A stretch of 63,942 nucleotides of DNA, filler included, from Chrysochromulina tobinii (taxonomy: Eukaryota): the NCBI GenBank assembly GCA_001275005.1. It is 5 parts of 5 records of this genome, joined end to end, with 100 filler letters (N's around TTAATTAATTAA, not from the genome) between each part and the next. Parts side by side here need not be neighbours in the genome. Positions count along the whole stretch, not along the records: positions 1 to 31,805 come from JWZX01001255.1; 4 more parts are not named here. One strand, 5' to 3'. The notes under the pieces are model-generated. The model was not told the origin of the DNA and searched no databases. It was given only the letters and a program-made list of their open reading frames with translations. The position numbers and the translations under genes were made by a program. Positions 1-9,799 of the stretch are shown piece after piece. How positions within the stretch are numbered: position 1 is the first letter of the stretch; each line of letters opens with the position of its first letter.

Positions 1-32
1 CCCCGGGCAGTCTCGAGTCCAGGGCCATTCTC

Positions 33-1460
33 ATGGCCAACTTGACCCTTGCTGGAACCATCGAGTCCTTCAACTCCACGGCATTCCGCGCTGCCTTTGC
101 AAGCCAATTTCCCGGAGTGGCCCCCGGCGACATTACCCTCGACGTGACGCCGGCGTCCGTAGTCGTCGTTGTGAGGGTCGTCATGGCGTCTCTGAGCACT
201 GCAGAGGCTGCGGCTAACACTCTGACCAATGCCGGGGTGGCGGCGCTCTCTACAAGGCTTGGGGTGACAGTGGAGATCATCACCACGATAGCTGTGGCTA
301 TGCAGCACTTTCAAGCTCCTTCACCGCAACCGCCCCCGCCACCGAGCCCATATCTCCCAGAGCCTTCGCCCCCACCTCCATCACCGCTACCCCCGCCTTC
401 GAGTCCTCCTGTTCCTGCGATCCCACAAGCAGATGAAGCGGCTGTTGGAGTTATCCTCGGACTTACTGGCGTGATCATCTTCATCCCGGCACTCTTCGTC
501 ACAGCCAAGCTCTCTCGCCTTTGCCGCCGCCGCCAGAGTCCCGATAGGCGACCCCCACAGGGTCTGAAAGGCGGTCAGAGGCAGTCTGAGACAGCACCAG
601 TGGGATCCCACAGACCCGAGCACCAGGAATACGATTCTGAGACTGCAGTCAGTCCTTCAGTCAGTTACCGCGGTCCGACAGCTACAACACGAGCAAGCGT
701 GCGTACACAGGCGTCTGGGAACGCGAGGAGATCCCAGACGCCCAAGCAGCAGGAAATCCACTCTAAGGCCGCTGCGAGGACGAGGAACGCGCCAATCCCC
801 AGGCTCGGCCTAAGGGCCCTAGTAGATCATGACAAGTCGATTGCTCTCGCAGTCGCACCTTCGCCGCCTCAGCCACCGGGACGGCGCTCCGATTTGGAGA
901 TTTGGCTCAAGGGCCCGGAAGAGACTTTGGCGGTGCTCAGCCCTGCGGCTCGCAGTCTGCTCAAGCAACGGCAAGCACGTACCTCACCGCACGAGCGGAG
1001 ATCACGGACAGATTCCCCGCCGGAGCTGAGAAGAGAGGAAACCGCAGGCGCTGTATTGGGCGCAGTGTCGCCATACGCGGCCACCGCCACCGACTTTCCC
1101 CCCGCTTGGGTCGCCCCCTCTCCCGGGGGTCCGGCGGGGCTCATTGTGATCGCCTCTGCACCCAGGCACCCGCCCGGGCACGTCGCGCAGCTCAACGCGC
1201 AGCTCGTTGGCGGCATCTCGCCAAGGATGCCGTGGTTCCTACAGGTACAGTCGCCAATTCCAAGAGAGGCCGAGGCTGATCTCACAACACCCAAACCCAG
1301 AAGGCCGGCACCCGCCGAGACTGTAGCGTCCACAGCATCAGCACCGGCACTGACACGGGCGTCGACACCCGCGGCACTGGCACGGGCACGGGCGTCGACA
1401 CCAGCAAGCGCATTGACACCCTCTAGATCTCGCGGCGAGACCACCGTCTACTACTTGTGA
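33..1460 (+). CDS. Single-pass membrane protein: SEA-like/ferredoxin-like ectodomain, Pro-rich stalk, TM helix, disordered tail (probably 5'-incomplete)
   Basis: FRAAFASQFPGV...ITLDVTPASVVV...LSTRLGVTV segment, PPPPSP stalk, hydrophobic VGVILGLTGVIIFIPALFVTA followed by basic RRRQ. Confidence 0.6.
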   Translation: MANLTLAGTIESFNSTAFRAAFASQFPGVAPGDITLDVTPASVVVVVRVVMASLSTAEAAANTLTNAGVAALSTRLGVTVEIITTIAVAMQHFQAPSPQPPPPPSPYLPEPSPPPPSPLPPPSSPPVPAIPQADEAAVGVILGLTGVIIFIPALFVTAKLSRLCRRRQSPDRRPPQGLKGGQRQSETAPVGSHRPEHQEYDSETAVSPSVSYRGPTATTRASVRTQASGNARRSQTPKQQEIHSKAAARTRNAPIPRLGLRALVDHDKSIALAVAPSPPQPPGRRSDLEIWLKGPEETLAVLSPAARSLLKQRQARTSPHERRSRTDSPPELRREETAGAVLGAVSPYAATATDFPPAWVAPSPGGPAGLIVIASAPRHPPGHVAQLNAQLVGGISPRMPWFLQVQSPIPREAEADLTTPKPRRPAPAETVASTASAPALTRASTPAALARARASTPASALTPSRSRGETTVYYL

Positions 1461-1838
1461 ACATGTGAAGCCATCAGCCATCAGAGCCGGAAATGACGTC
1501 GTTCTAGTTCAGGACCATCATCGACGGGTGGCGCTATCCGGAAACCATCCGGCGAAAAGGAAATCGGTTCTGGCTCACATATTTCCCGGGCGGGTTTTTC
1601 TGTCATTCACAACGAACATCTCGGGTATGGTTCTTGTGAGTCTTAAAAAGTCATCACGTCGTGACGTGAGACGATGGACAAAAACAAAATCGAATCACAA
1701 TCAAATCTCAACAAACGATTCAAATTTGGATACCGATTCCACATCGCCGGATCGCGCCTTTTTAGGAAAACATTTTCCCTGGAAATCGTGGCATCCGAAG
1801 GCTAGGCAAAGCTCAAGGCAGAACTCAAGGCAGTCAAT

Positions 1839-2723
1839 ATGGTTGAGACATCGCTGGAGGACTTTGTTGATGATGCGGAGCTCCACGCATACGCACAACA
1901 TACGCTTATTTGCCCGAGATCTTGCACGGAGCTGCACACGCACAACATGGACGAGGCGAACAAAAATGCTCTGAACGATGGCTCGGTGTACCAGAAACAA
2001 ATCTTCACAAAAGATCCCAAGCTTTCACGCAAAGACAAGCAGCGCAGCTGCACAATTAGCAGCAGGCCGATGCACAGCGACAGCAAGAGCATCCGGTACA
2101 CCCAGAAAGCGACGAGCCTGAATCGTCTCAACCCCTGCCTCTGCCAAGGCTGCGCCCGCCCACGCACAAAGGAACCCTTGATGAATCCAGGGATTGAGGG
2201 CATCGGCCTGGACACCTATCCTCTTGGGATTGGTCCCGACATACGGCCCATCCTATTGTCCAACGAGGCACTCGACAGCGAGACACTCGAGAGGTTTACA
2301 ACCTGGGGATTTGTAACCGAGGAGATCTTAGCAGCGTTGCCTGCCGAACTGGTGGATCCATTACGCGCGCTTGAGAATGCTATGGCGGCCCTGCATCATG
2401 CCTGTGGTGCGACGGCACTCAACGTTGTCTTCAACATCTTGACCCTGAGCGCGTGGGGCAACCTGCGTGCGTCCGAGCTGCTGCCCGCGTTCTGCGCGTG
2501 GGTCGAGACGGGCGAGCGCACCGGGATGCTCGAGACGACGCCGGGCTTCGAGACCCCTATCGAGTGGCCGGCGGCGTGGGCAGTGCGCCTTCAGGTCGAA
2601 GAAGAAGCGGTGCCGTTGGACCTCTCTTGCCCCCTCTTTATCCTCACGCTCCGGAATGCCCTTTGTCGACCCACGGTCAGGGAGCGCCTCTCGCCTGTAA
2701 CTGAATTCGACCACGACTTCTAG
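1839..2723 (+). CDS. Hypothetical protein, 294 aa, with Cys/His clusters
   Basis: ATG-initiated ORF after an AT-richer spacer; CPRSCTELHTH and CLCQGC clusters; no recognised family. Confidence 0.4.
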   Translation: MVETSLEDFVDDAELHAYAQHTLICPRSCTELHTHNMDEANKNALNDGSVYQKQIFTKDPKLSRKDKQRSCTISSRPMHSDSKSIRYTQKATSLNRLNPCLCQGCARPRTKEPLMNPGIEGIGLDTYPLGIGPDIRPILLSNEALDSETLERFTTWGFVTEEILAALPAELVDPLRALENAMAALHHACGATALNVVFNILTLSAWGNLRASELLPAFCAWVETGERTGMLETTPGFETPIEWPAAWAVRLQVEEEAVPLDLSCPLFILTLRNALCRPTVRERLSPVTEFDHDF

Positions 2724-3333
2724 CGAGAGCGAATCTCGCCTCTCTCGTCTCTTCACAGGCACGCCCTTGCCCCTTGCCTATCCCTTGCCCGGGTACACCT
2801 GATCTGAAGCCCATGCCGAAATGACGAATGAGAAACTTAATGTATTGCACGAGCCAACGCTGTGTCAACATTGTCAACACTGATGTGACAACAATGTACA
2901 TGTTCTGTGTACCCCCTATGTGTGTCCCGGCTCCCCCAAGTGCCTGTTTACCGGTAAGGGGGTCGCTTTTCTGGGGTTTTATGTCGACAAAAAAGTTAGG
3001 ACGGTGCGAGATCGGAGTGTGTGCGCGTTGCGTCTTGCGTGTCTGAATGACAGCAGCTGCAGCAGCGCGTGTGGTGTATGTGCCACCACAGGAGGCGCCG
3101 CGCGTGGTGCACGTGCGACAGGTTACACTATTACTCCGAGGGAGACGACACCGCGGCGCGCGCGCGTGCGCGCGCGCTGCCGCGGCGGCTGCAGCTGCGA
3201 ACAGCAGCCCGATTGGTACTATCGGTTTACTCTAGAGGGGGAGGCTGCGCCTCCCCCCCTTGCCGCCGACTAACGGTCTGTGTAATAGCGGGTTGTGTCG
3301 GCCACACCTCCGTCCATAGCGATAGAGGTCCTC

Positions 3334-4455
3334 ATGCTTGGGGGTCCGGAGAGTTTTCGCTGCTGTGTTTCACAGCACTTTGTGCGATGCAGACTCACAT
3401 GTGCGATGCAGTTCCCGTCTGCCTGTCGCAACGGTGCCTGGAAAGCGATGGCGTGCCTCTCAATGCCTCGAGGCTTCCCTCGCTGTGCGTCTCGTCTGCC
3501 TACCGTACAAGTCTTCGATGGCGTGCTCTCTCGGAGTTGCCTCGCAGAGTTGACCGCGCCCCCAAATTATGACATTGGACCTGATATCTATCGCCGAAGC
3601 GATGGCTCCAGTTCTCCGCAGGAGGTCCTGATCGAGAGCTTGCTGACCGGCTTGAGCTTCGAGAGTACGCGTGAGGTCGAGTGGTGGGGCCGTTCCGAGT
3701 GGAAGACCGTTGAGGCTCACCGTGACGTCGACGAAGAGGCGGCAACGGCACGCAGTGAGAGACGATACCCCACCCACTCCATCGTCGTGTACCTCAGCAT
3801 CGAGCCCGGGCTGCGTGCACCCACCTGCCTGTGGGTACCCGGCGACGAGCCAGGGCGCAGTGCGCTGCTCGCTGTGCCCGCCGTTGCAGGGCGCATGCTC
3901 GTCTTCCCTGGCGAGCTCTTGCATGCGGTGCCATGCCCCACACTCAGCTGGCTGGGCAAAGGCGAGGCGGGCGAGGCTGGAATGCCGAAACAGCCGCGCG
4001 TACGGCGCAGCGGCTCGCGACGAGTAATGGTGCTCAATTTATGGGATGACAGTGCTCCAGCTGACGAGTGTAGACAGGAGGAAGAGGAGGAGGCGGAGGA
4101 GGCGGAGGCGGGCGACGAAGAGTCACTTGAGGTGGTGGAGTTTATCGCCAGTCGGGTGGAATGCGAGCCTCGCGCCTCATGGCGACCTGTACCGTTCGAA
4201 GGTCCTTGCGGCGGCGTCGGGGAGGCCGAGGGCCTTGACTCGGGCACGCTGTGGCCGACACTCGTCACGTTTGCCCACGGAGCCGACGAGCCTCTCGCCT
4301 CGAAGGTGAGGGCGTCCGTGGGCGCGCTTGCGGCTGCCTTGAAGAGCGAACGAGTGCCCAGCTGGTTCTGGGCCGACGTTGACGTGACGAACCTTGAGCT
4401 CGGCGTGCCCTCCCTCGCTGGTGCAAGGGAGGAGCGTAGGGAGTCTGCGTATTGA
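3334..4455 (+). CDS. 2-oxoglutarate/Fe(II)-dependent oxygenase-like protein
   Basis: HxD motif (EAHRDVDE), distal His (GRMLVFPGELLHAV), 2OG-binding Arg (RRVMVLNLW); start uncertain. Confidence 0.7.
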   Translation: MLGGPESFRCCVSQHFVRCRLTCAMQFPSACRNGAWKAMACLSMPRGFPRCASRLPTVQVFDGVLSRSCLAELTAPPNYDIGPDIYRRSDGSSSPQEVLIESLLTGLSFESTREVEWWGRSEWKTVEAHRDVDEEAATARSERRYPTHSIVVYLSIEPGLRAPTCLWVPGDEPGRSALLAVPAVAGRMLVFPGELLHAVPCPTLSWLGKGEAGEAGMPKQPRVRRSGSRRVMVLNLWDDSAPADECRQEEEEEAEEAEAGDEESLEVVEFIASRVECEPRASWRPVPFEGPCGGVGEAEGLDSGTLWPTLVTFAHGADEPLASKVRASVGALAAALKSERVPSWFWADVDVTNLELGVPSLAGAREERRESAY

Positions 4456-5020
4456 ACAGGAACAGCGCAGGTCAGGGAACGAGTATACGAGAAACTCAGT
4501 TACTAGAGTACCGAGGAAGCTGTACAACACTTATCACTGTAAAAAGTGGTAAGTGCGTCTCCGGGCCCGGTCTCACTCTCCTCCGCTGTCGTTTTACTTA
4601 CAGCTTAACGCGCTGAACCTGAACCTTAATCTTACATATAAACGGGATTCGCGTTTATGATGGCTAGGACGTATATCATCTCTTCTGGCCTATGGGCACA
4701 TCACGAACCCGATCCCTCTCGGGTCGATTCGCTGCCTTCCATGAGTCTAATTGATGCGTCAGGTCTGCGAGCCTTGCACTCGTAGGGTCCACTGCCGGTC
4801 TTCGCCCCCTCTGCCGTGCCAGCAGGGCCCTGATCTCGGTATCATCTCGGTCGAAGAGTACAGTATCTCAATCATGAGCGAGCGCGAGAGCCCCTGCCAG
4901 GGCCCCTGACCGGAGGGCCCACGTTAGGGCCCGTGCCAGGAGTACCCCACCCCCTCACCAAACCCAAGTCTCTGCCGCCTGCAGCGCACACGCTCTTGGC
5001 CGTGTGGCCCCCTGCAGTTC

Positions 5021-5097
5021 GAGGTCGCAATCTCATGCCTGAGATCGCAATCTCATGTCTGAGCTCGCAATCTCATGTCTGAGATCGCAATCTCATG
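5021..5097. repeat. 20-bp tandem repeat x~4 (GAGATCGCAATCTCATGTCT consensus)
   Basis: Four near-identical adjacent units with no spacers, just past the 3' end of the folate-receptor-like gene. Confidence 0.9.
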
Positions 5098-5183
5098 GAC
5101 GGACGGCTCCCGTTCGGGTACGGCAAGCACGCACGTGGAATGTGCGCGCCGCGCTTGAGCACCCGGGGGGGCGCGCGCGCCCT

Positions 5184-6314
5184 TCAGACCGCCTTCAGAC
5201 CGCCAGGATGGCCGGGGCGGCCAAGGCTGGCGCTGGTCTTTGAGACGGTGGAATTGACAGAGTTGGTCTTGTCGACGGGATCACCGAGGGATTTGAAGAC
5301 TGGCTCGCCGGACTTCTCCTTGCAAATGAGGAAGATGGTGAAGCCGCAGAGGACGAGTAAGAGGATGGCGCCGACGACCGCCACCGGGATCACCCAGTCC
5401 TGCAGCGACTGAATGTACGCCAGGGCGGCCAGGGCGCTCGTCATATTGGCCACCCTCTCAGCAGCCAGTGCGGCGAGACGAGCTTGCTCTGAGTGGTAGT
5501 CGGTGGCGCAGCTGAAGTAGTCGCCCGTGCCGCAGAAGTAATCCTCTGCGCACGCACGGTACCACGAGTCCGCAAACGACGCCTTGATCGGCATCGCGTG
5601 CAACTGCCACTGGTTCTCATTGCCGGTGCAAGTGTAGTTGAGAGTCGCGTTGTAGGTACCGGTGTTGCAGTTCCAGCCCTGGCAGCAGAAGTTGTACTGA
5701 TCGTCGGTGTACTTGCGATAGAAGCCAGTGTTGACCTCGCACTCGTAGAAGCAAGCCTCCATCACGAAGAAGCTCTCGCAGGCGTGTGAGAGCGGGCCGC
5801 ACCTGTCCCACTCATAGCCCGGGCCGTAGCTGTTGCGGAGCTGAGTGGTGGTGGCCGTGGTCTCCTGCTGACAGCACGCGTTCGCGTGCCACGGGTAGCA
5901 CTCCGAAAAGTTCGAATCCGACTCGGGACCCGGGAAATCCTTGTGGAAGTATGAGAGGCCACAGGTGTTGGGCGGCGTATAGCCAGCGATGAGCGATGCC
6001 GCAGCAACGTCGTTCGGGTTGAGGGTACCGTCAGCATTGCCGGCGGTACCGCCCTCAAACCACCAGAGGCTGTAGCCCTTGGTTTCGTTCGGCTGGTAGG
6101 TGAACGCGCCTCCCCACATCACTTCAATGAGCTCCCTACCATCAGCATATATGTCGCTGAACTTTTGACAATTCGCCCATGCGTCAACGCCTTGGGCACC
6201 AAAGGCAACGAGACCGAAGAGGGAGATGGTCTCGCTGGGAAGTGGGCGCTGAGCCTCGGCACCACCCGCGAGCAGAACCACGAGGACGCACATGAACGAG
6301 GAGGACTTGCGCAT
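5184..6314 (-). CDS. Folate receptor family (FOLR/JUNO-like) type I membrane protein
   Basis: Signal peptide MRKSSSFMCVLVVLLAGGAEAQ; Cys pattern CYPWHANACC, WDRCGPLSHACESFFVMEACFYEC, PIKASFADSWYRAC; C-terminal TM WVIPVAVVGAILLLVLCGFTIFLIC. Confidence 0.85.
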   Translation of the reverse strand: MRKSSSFMCVLVVLLAGGAEAQRPLPSETISLFGLVAFGAQGVDAWANCQKFSDIYADGRELIEVMWGGAFTYQPNETKGYSLWWFEGGTAGNADGTLNPNDVAAASLIAGYTPPNTCGLSYFHKDFPGPESDSNFSECYPWHANACCQQETTATTTQLRNSYGPGYEWDRCGPLSHACESFFVMEACFYECEVNTGFYRKYTDDQYNFCCQGWNCNTGTYNATLNYTCTGNENQWQLHAMPIKASFADSWYRACAEDYFCGTGDYFSCATDYHSEQARLAALAAERVANMTSALAALAYIQSLQDWVIPVAVVGAILLLVLCGFTIFLICKEKSGEPVFKSLGDPVDKTNSVNSTVSKTSASLGRPGHPGGLKAV

Positions 6315-6866
6315 CGGACCACACGACGAGTGGACTGATGTCCGAGGACGAATCTCCAAAATCTTACCTTGCGGACTACTATGTCTCGGTTTCTCAGGCG
6401 ATAGTGTACAATTGCTCTGTCTCAAATTCCTCGCGAGAAAAACCACCGCAAATGGAGCAACGTGGGGAACACTCGAACACACAACGCGTTATTAATACCG
6501 GCTGCTCAACAAGATGGAAGCAGTCAGCCGGTCGGCACTGATCGTCTACAAGTACACCCTTCCCCCTCTCTACACAGGAGCTCCTTCACACATGAGGACT
6601 TCCCCACAAATTGCACGCCACGCCAAAGTCACGAGGGCGTCGCCGCGCGCTCAACACACGCGCGCGTCTCTTAAAGCCTCCTCCGGCTGTCCGGCATCCC
6701 TGATTTTATCCTCCAATTGTAGAGTCTAGAAATACAAGTCGAAGTTGTTCGTATCCGCGTTCAGGACAACGGAGATCAGTTGGAGATTCCAAGTTTTTCG
6801 GCCGACGGCTGCTCCGAAGTTGCACAAAACGAAGCCCCTCGGCATCGCCGATAAGCAATCTTCGCA

Positions 6867-8858
6867 ATGCTGTACACCGTCGCTGCCCTGGCTGCCCTGG
6901 CCGGTACGAGGTACCAGGTACCATTGGCGGCGCCTCCCGCCGAAGGCTTCCCCAACCCAAACGCCGGCAAGGTGAACGACAAGATTGAGCATTTCGTCGT
7001 GCTCATGATGGAGAACCGCACGCCCGATCACTTCTTCGCGTGCATGGGCCTGCCCAAGGGTGATTGGGTCAAGGAGGGCCACGTGATCCCGATGGATCCC
7101 AAGGACCCGTCCAAGGGTGGCGCGACCATCAAGTGCGGCGAGGCCGAGTATGCGTGCAAGTCGGGACCGGGCTACGACATGTTCGCGGGCAAGGTTGAGC
7201 CGGGCGGTGAAGACAACTTTTACCCGTACGGCGCGCAGTCGGACGACAACTCGTACGCTCACGGCGCACACGGCACGTCGATCCAGCTCTTTGGCAAGGA
7301 CGCGCTCCCCGTCAAGAAGAAGATTGCGGAGGCCTTCTCCATCTTCAACAACTACCATTCGGCCGTGCCGAGCTTCTCGATGCCCAACCACATCTGGGCA
7401 CAGTCGGCCACGTCGGCCGGCATCAACGACAACATCGACTACATCGAATGCGGTGGCATCGACCCGCTCTTTCCGCAGCGTACCATCTACGACAACATGG
7501 CCGAAGCAGGCGTGAGCTTTGGCCTCTATTGGAACTCGACGCCGCCCGATGCGTACATGGCGGGCGTGCTGCGGCACGCCGAGAAGAACTTCAAGACGTC
7601 GAAGACGTTCTTCAAAGAGGCGGCCGAGGGCACGCTGCCCAAGTTCAGCTACATCGTCTCCGGCTCCGATCCGCGCAACGGCCACCCAAACGACGACCAC
7701 CCCTGCCACGACGTCGCGCTGGGCGAGCGCAATGTGAAGGATCACTACGAGGCGCTGCGTGCAGGCCTGGGCTGGAACAAGACGCTCTTCCTCGTGACGT
7801 ACGACGATGCGGGCGGCTGGTACGGCTGAGCGCGGGCACATATGAGTGCCACCAAAGAGTGCCACTCAGATTGCCAATGGCTGCCACCGGTTGGCTCCCT
7901 GAGTGCCACCTGATCACCTGATTGCTTCCCTCATGTCAGGTACGACCACGTGGTGCCGCCCACGGAAGGCATTCCGCCTGACAACTCGTCGCACACGTTG
8001 CCGTACTCGCGCACGCACGGGTGCAAGAACAAGTTCGACTTCCGCCGCGTGGGCTCGCGCGTGGTCTCGTACCTCATGTCACCCTGGATCCCCGCGGGCG
8101 TCATTGAGGGGCCGCCCAAGCGGCCGGGCCCACTCAACACGGGACACACCGTGTGGGAGCATTCGGCCATCTCGGCGACCATCGTCGACCTCTTCGGCCT
8201 CCCCAAGTTCCTCACCATGCGCGACTCATGGGCTGGCTCATTCGCAGAGCTCCTCACCGAGACGAGTCCTCGCACCGACACACCCATGCACTTGCCCGAC
8301 GCGCCAGAGCCAACGTCCAAGGTGACCTACCACGGGTGCGGCACCGCCGCGGACATCACGCGGCGCCAGCGTAAGCACGTGAAGCTGTGGCAGACGCTCC
8401 TCGGCAACGAGCCGCCCGCGGGCTGGGAACAGATGGGCTTTGATGAGCTGCAGGTGCGGCTCGGCGAGTTGAGTGCCCCTGAGGGCCCCTGAGTGCGGCC
8501 TCTTGTTACACACATGTATGCGTGAGTCTGAGTTCACCGGATGGCCCTTGATGGCCCTTGATGGCTTCATCAGGTGTGGATCGACGAGCAGTACAGGATC
8601 TTCCGACGCGGAGAGGACACGAAGCGCGTGCCGCTGCCGTACACGGATGAGGATGAGATGGTGCAGATGGATGTGCATCCGCGCGCCATCGATCAGTTCG
8701 ACGACGACGACGACGCTGGCGACGAGGATGGCGACGACGACGGCGACGCGGATCACGATGGTGATCGTGCCCGCGACAGCGGCCTCCCTGGATCGACCGC
8801 GGACGGACCTTCCCACGCCACTTGCCACGTGCCCACCCCGGCGAACAAGCGGGACTAG
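6867..8858 (+). CDS. Secreted phosphoesterase / non-specific phospholipase C family protein; exons 6867-7819, 7940-8453, 8574-8858
   Basis: IEHFVVLMMENRTPDH, SAVPSFSMPNH, NDDHPCHDV, TYDDAGGW|YDHVVPP restored by splicing, GSRV..SPW, EHSAISAT; signal peptide. Confidence 0.9.
7820..7939 (+). other. GT-AG intron, 120 nt, with TGAGTGCC/TGATTGC-type repeats
   Basis: Removal restores GGWYDH; ends CCCTCATGTCAG; both junctions read GGTACG. Confidence 0.9.
8454..8573 (+). other. GT-AG intron, 120 nt; 5' end resembles the downstream exon
   Basis: CAG|GTGCGG...CTTCATCAG|GTGTGG; joins ELQ to VWIDEQY in frame. Confidence 0.8.
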
Positions 8859-9799
8859 AAAGCTCTCAGGGCTGCGCCGCTCGAGACCCCTCCGGCCGCC
8901 ACTGCGCACCATCGAAGGCGGGAAGGGCCCCCTGCAAGGAGCTAGCACAAGTTAGCCCCGTTTGCGGCCTGATCCACCAAAGCCCCCCGCCTGTCCGGCT
9001 TCCCCCAGCGTTGGCTCGCTCCTGGAGTGGTCCTAGTAGGATGATCCGTTCTCTTTCCTGGTGGGGTGAACTACGCCAAGGGGCCACGTGCATGTGCTTG
9101 TGCCAGCCGGTGCGTCCACACCCGTGGCCTCTGGAGGCCCCACGTGGTCTGTCTGTCTCCCTCGCCTCTGCCTCCCGCTGTGACCCGCGGAGGTGCTGGC
9201 CGAGCATGTCTCGAGGCATGGTTAGCCCACGGCGGGGCTGTTGTGAACCGCGCGCGCCCTGCCCTTAGCGATCCCCCGCTCCGGGCACGACGCCTTTATG
9301 ATGGACGCCTTCGGCCTTGCGTGTCGACGTGTCACTCGCACCCGAATGGTCCGCGTCTCTGACGCCTGTGTGCGCACGCTCGCTCGTGTTGTTGGTGTTG
9401 AACTTGCGGGAGTGAGTGAGTTATTTGAGACACAGACCCACACCGGAGGTACAATACGCTTTACGGGGTACAAGTCGAGAAACTCACTCAACTCACTCAC
9501 TCCGCTCACTCCACTCGCACTTGTACCGGGGAAACAGACTGACTTGACTGTGTAGCGACCGAGCTCCGAGGGGGTCAGGCCGAGGCCCGCGCGCGCGCAA
9601 CGTAGCGGAATACCGAGATTGCAGTTTCTTGTTGATCCCAGGCGCAATTACATCCCTCATCAAGGGGCGCTTCAAGGCGAGGCACCCTTCTCCTGTGGGG
9701 AAACAAACGTACCGGTAAAGGCCTGAGGTGATCCGAAGGGCTTCTTGGCTTCGTACACGCGGACGGTCGGGTTGTGGCCGACCGCTCGCTCATTACCAC

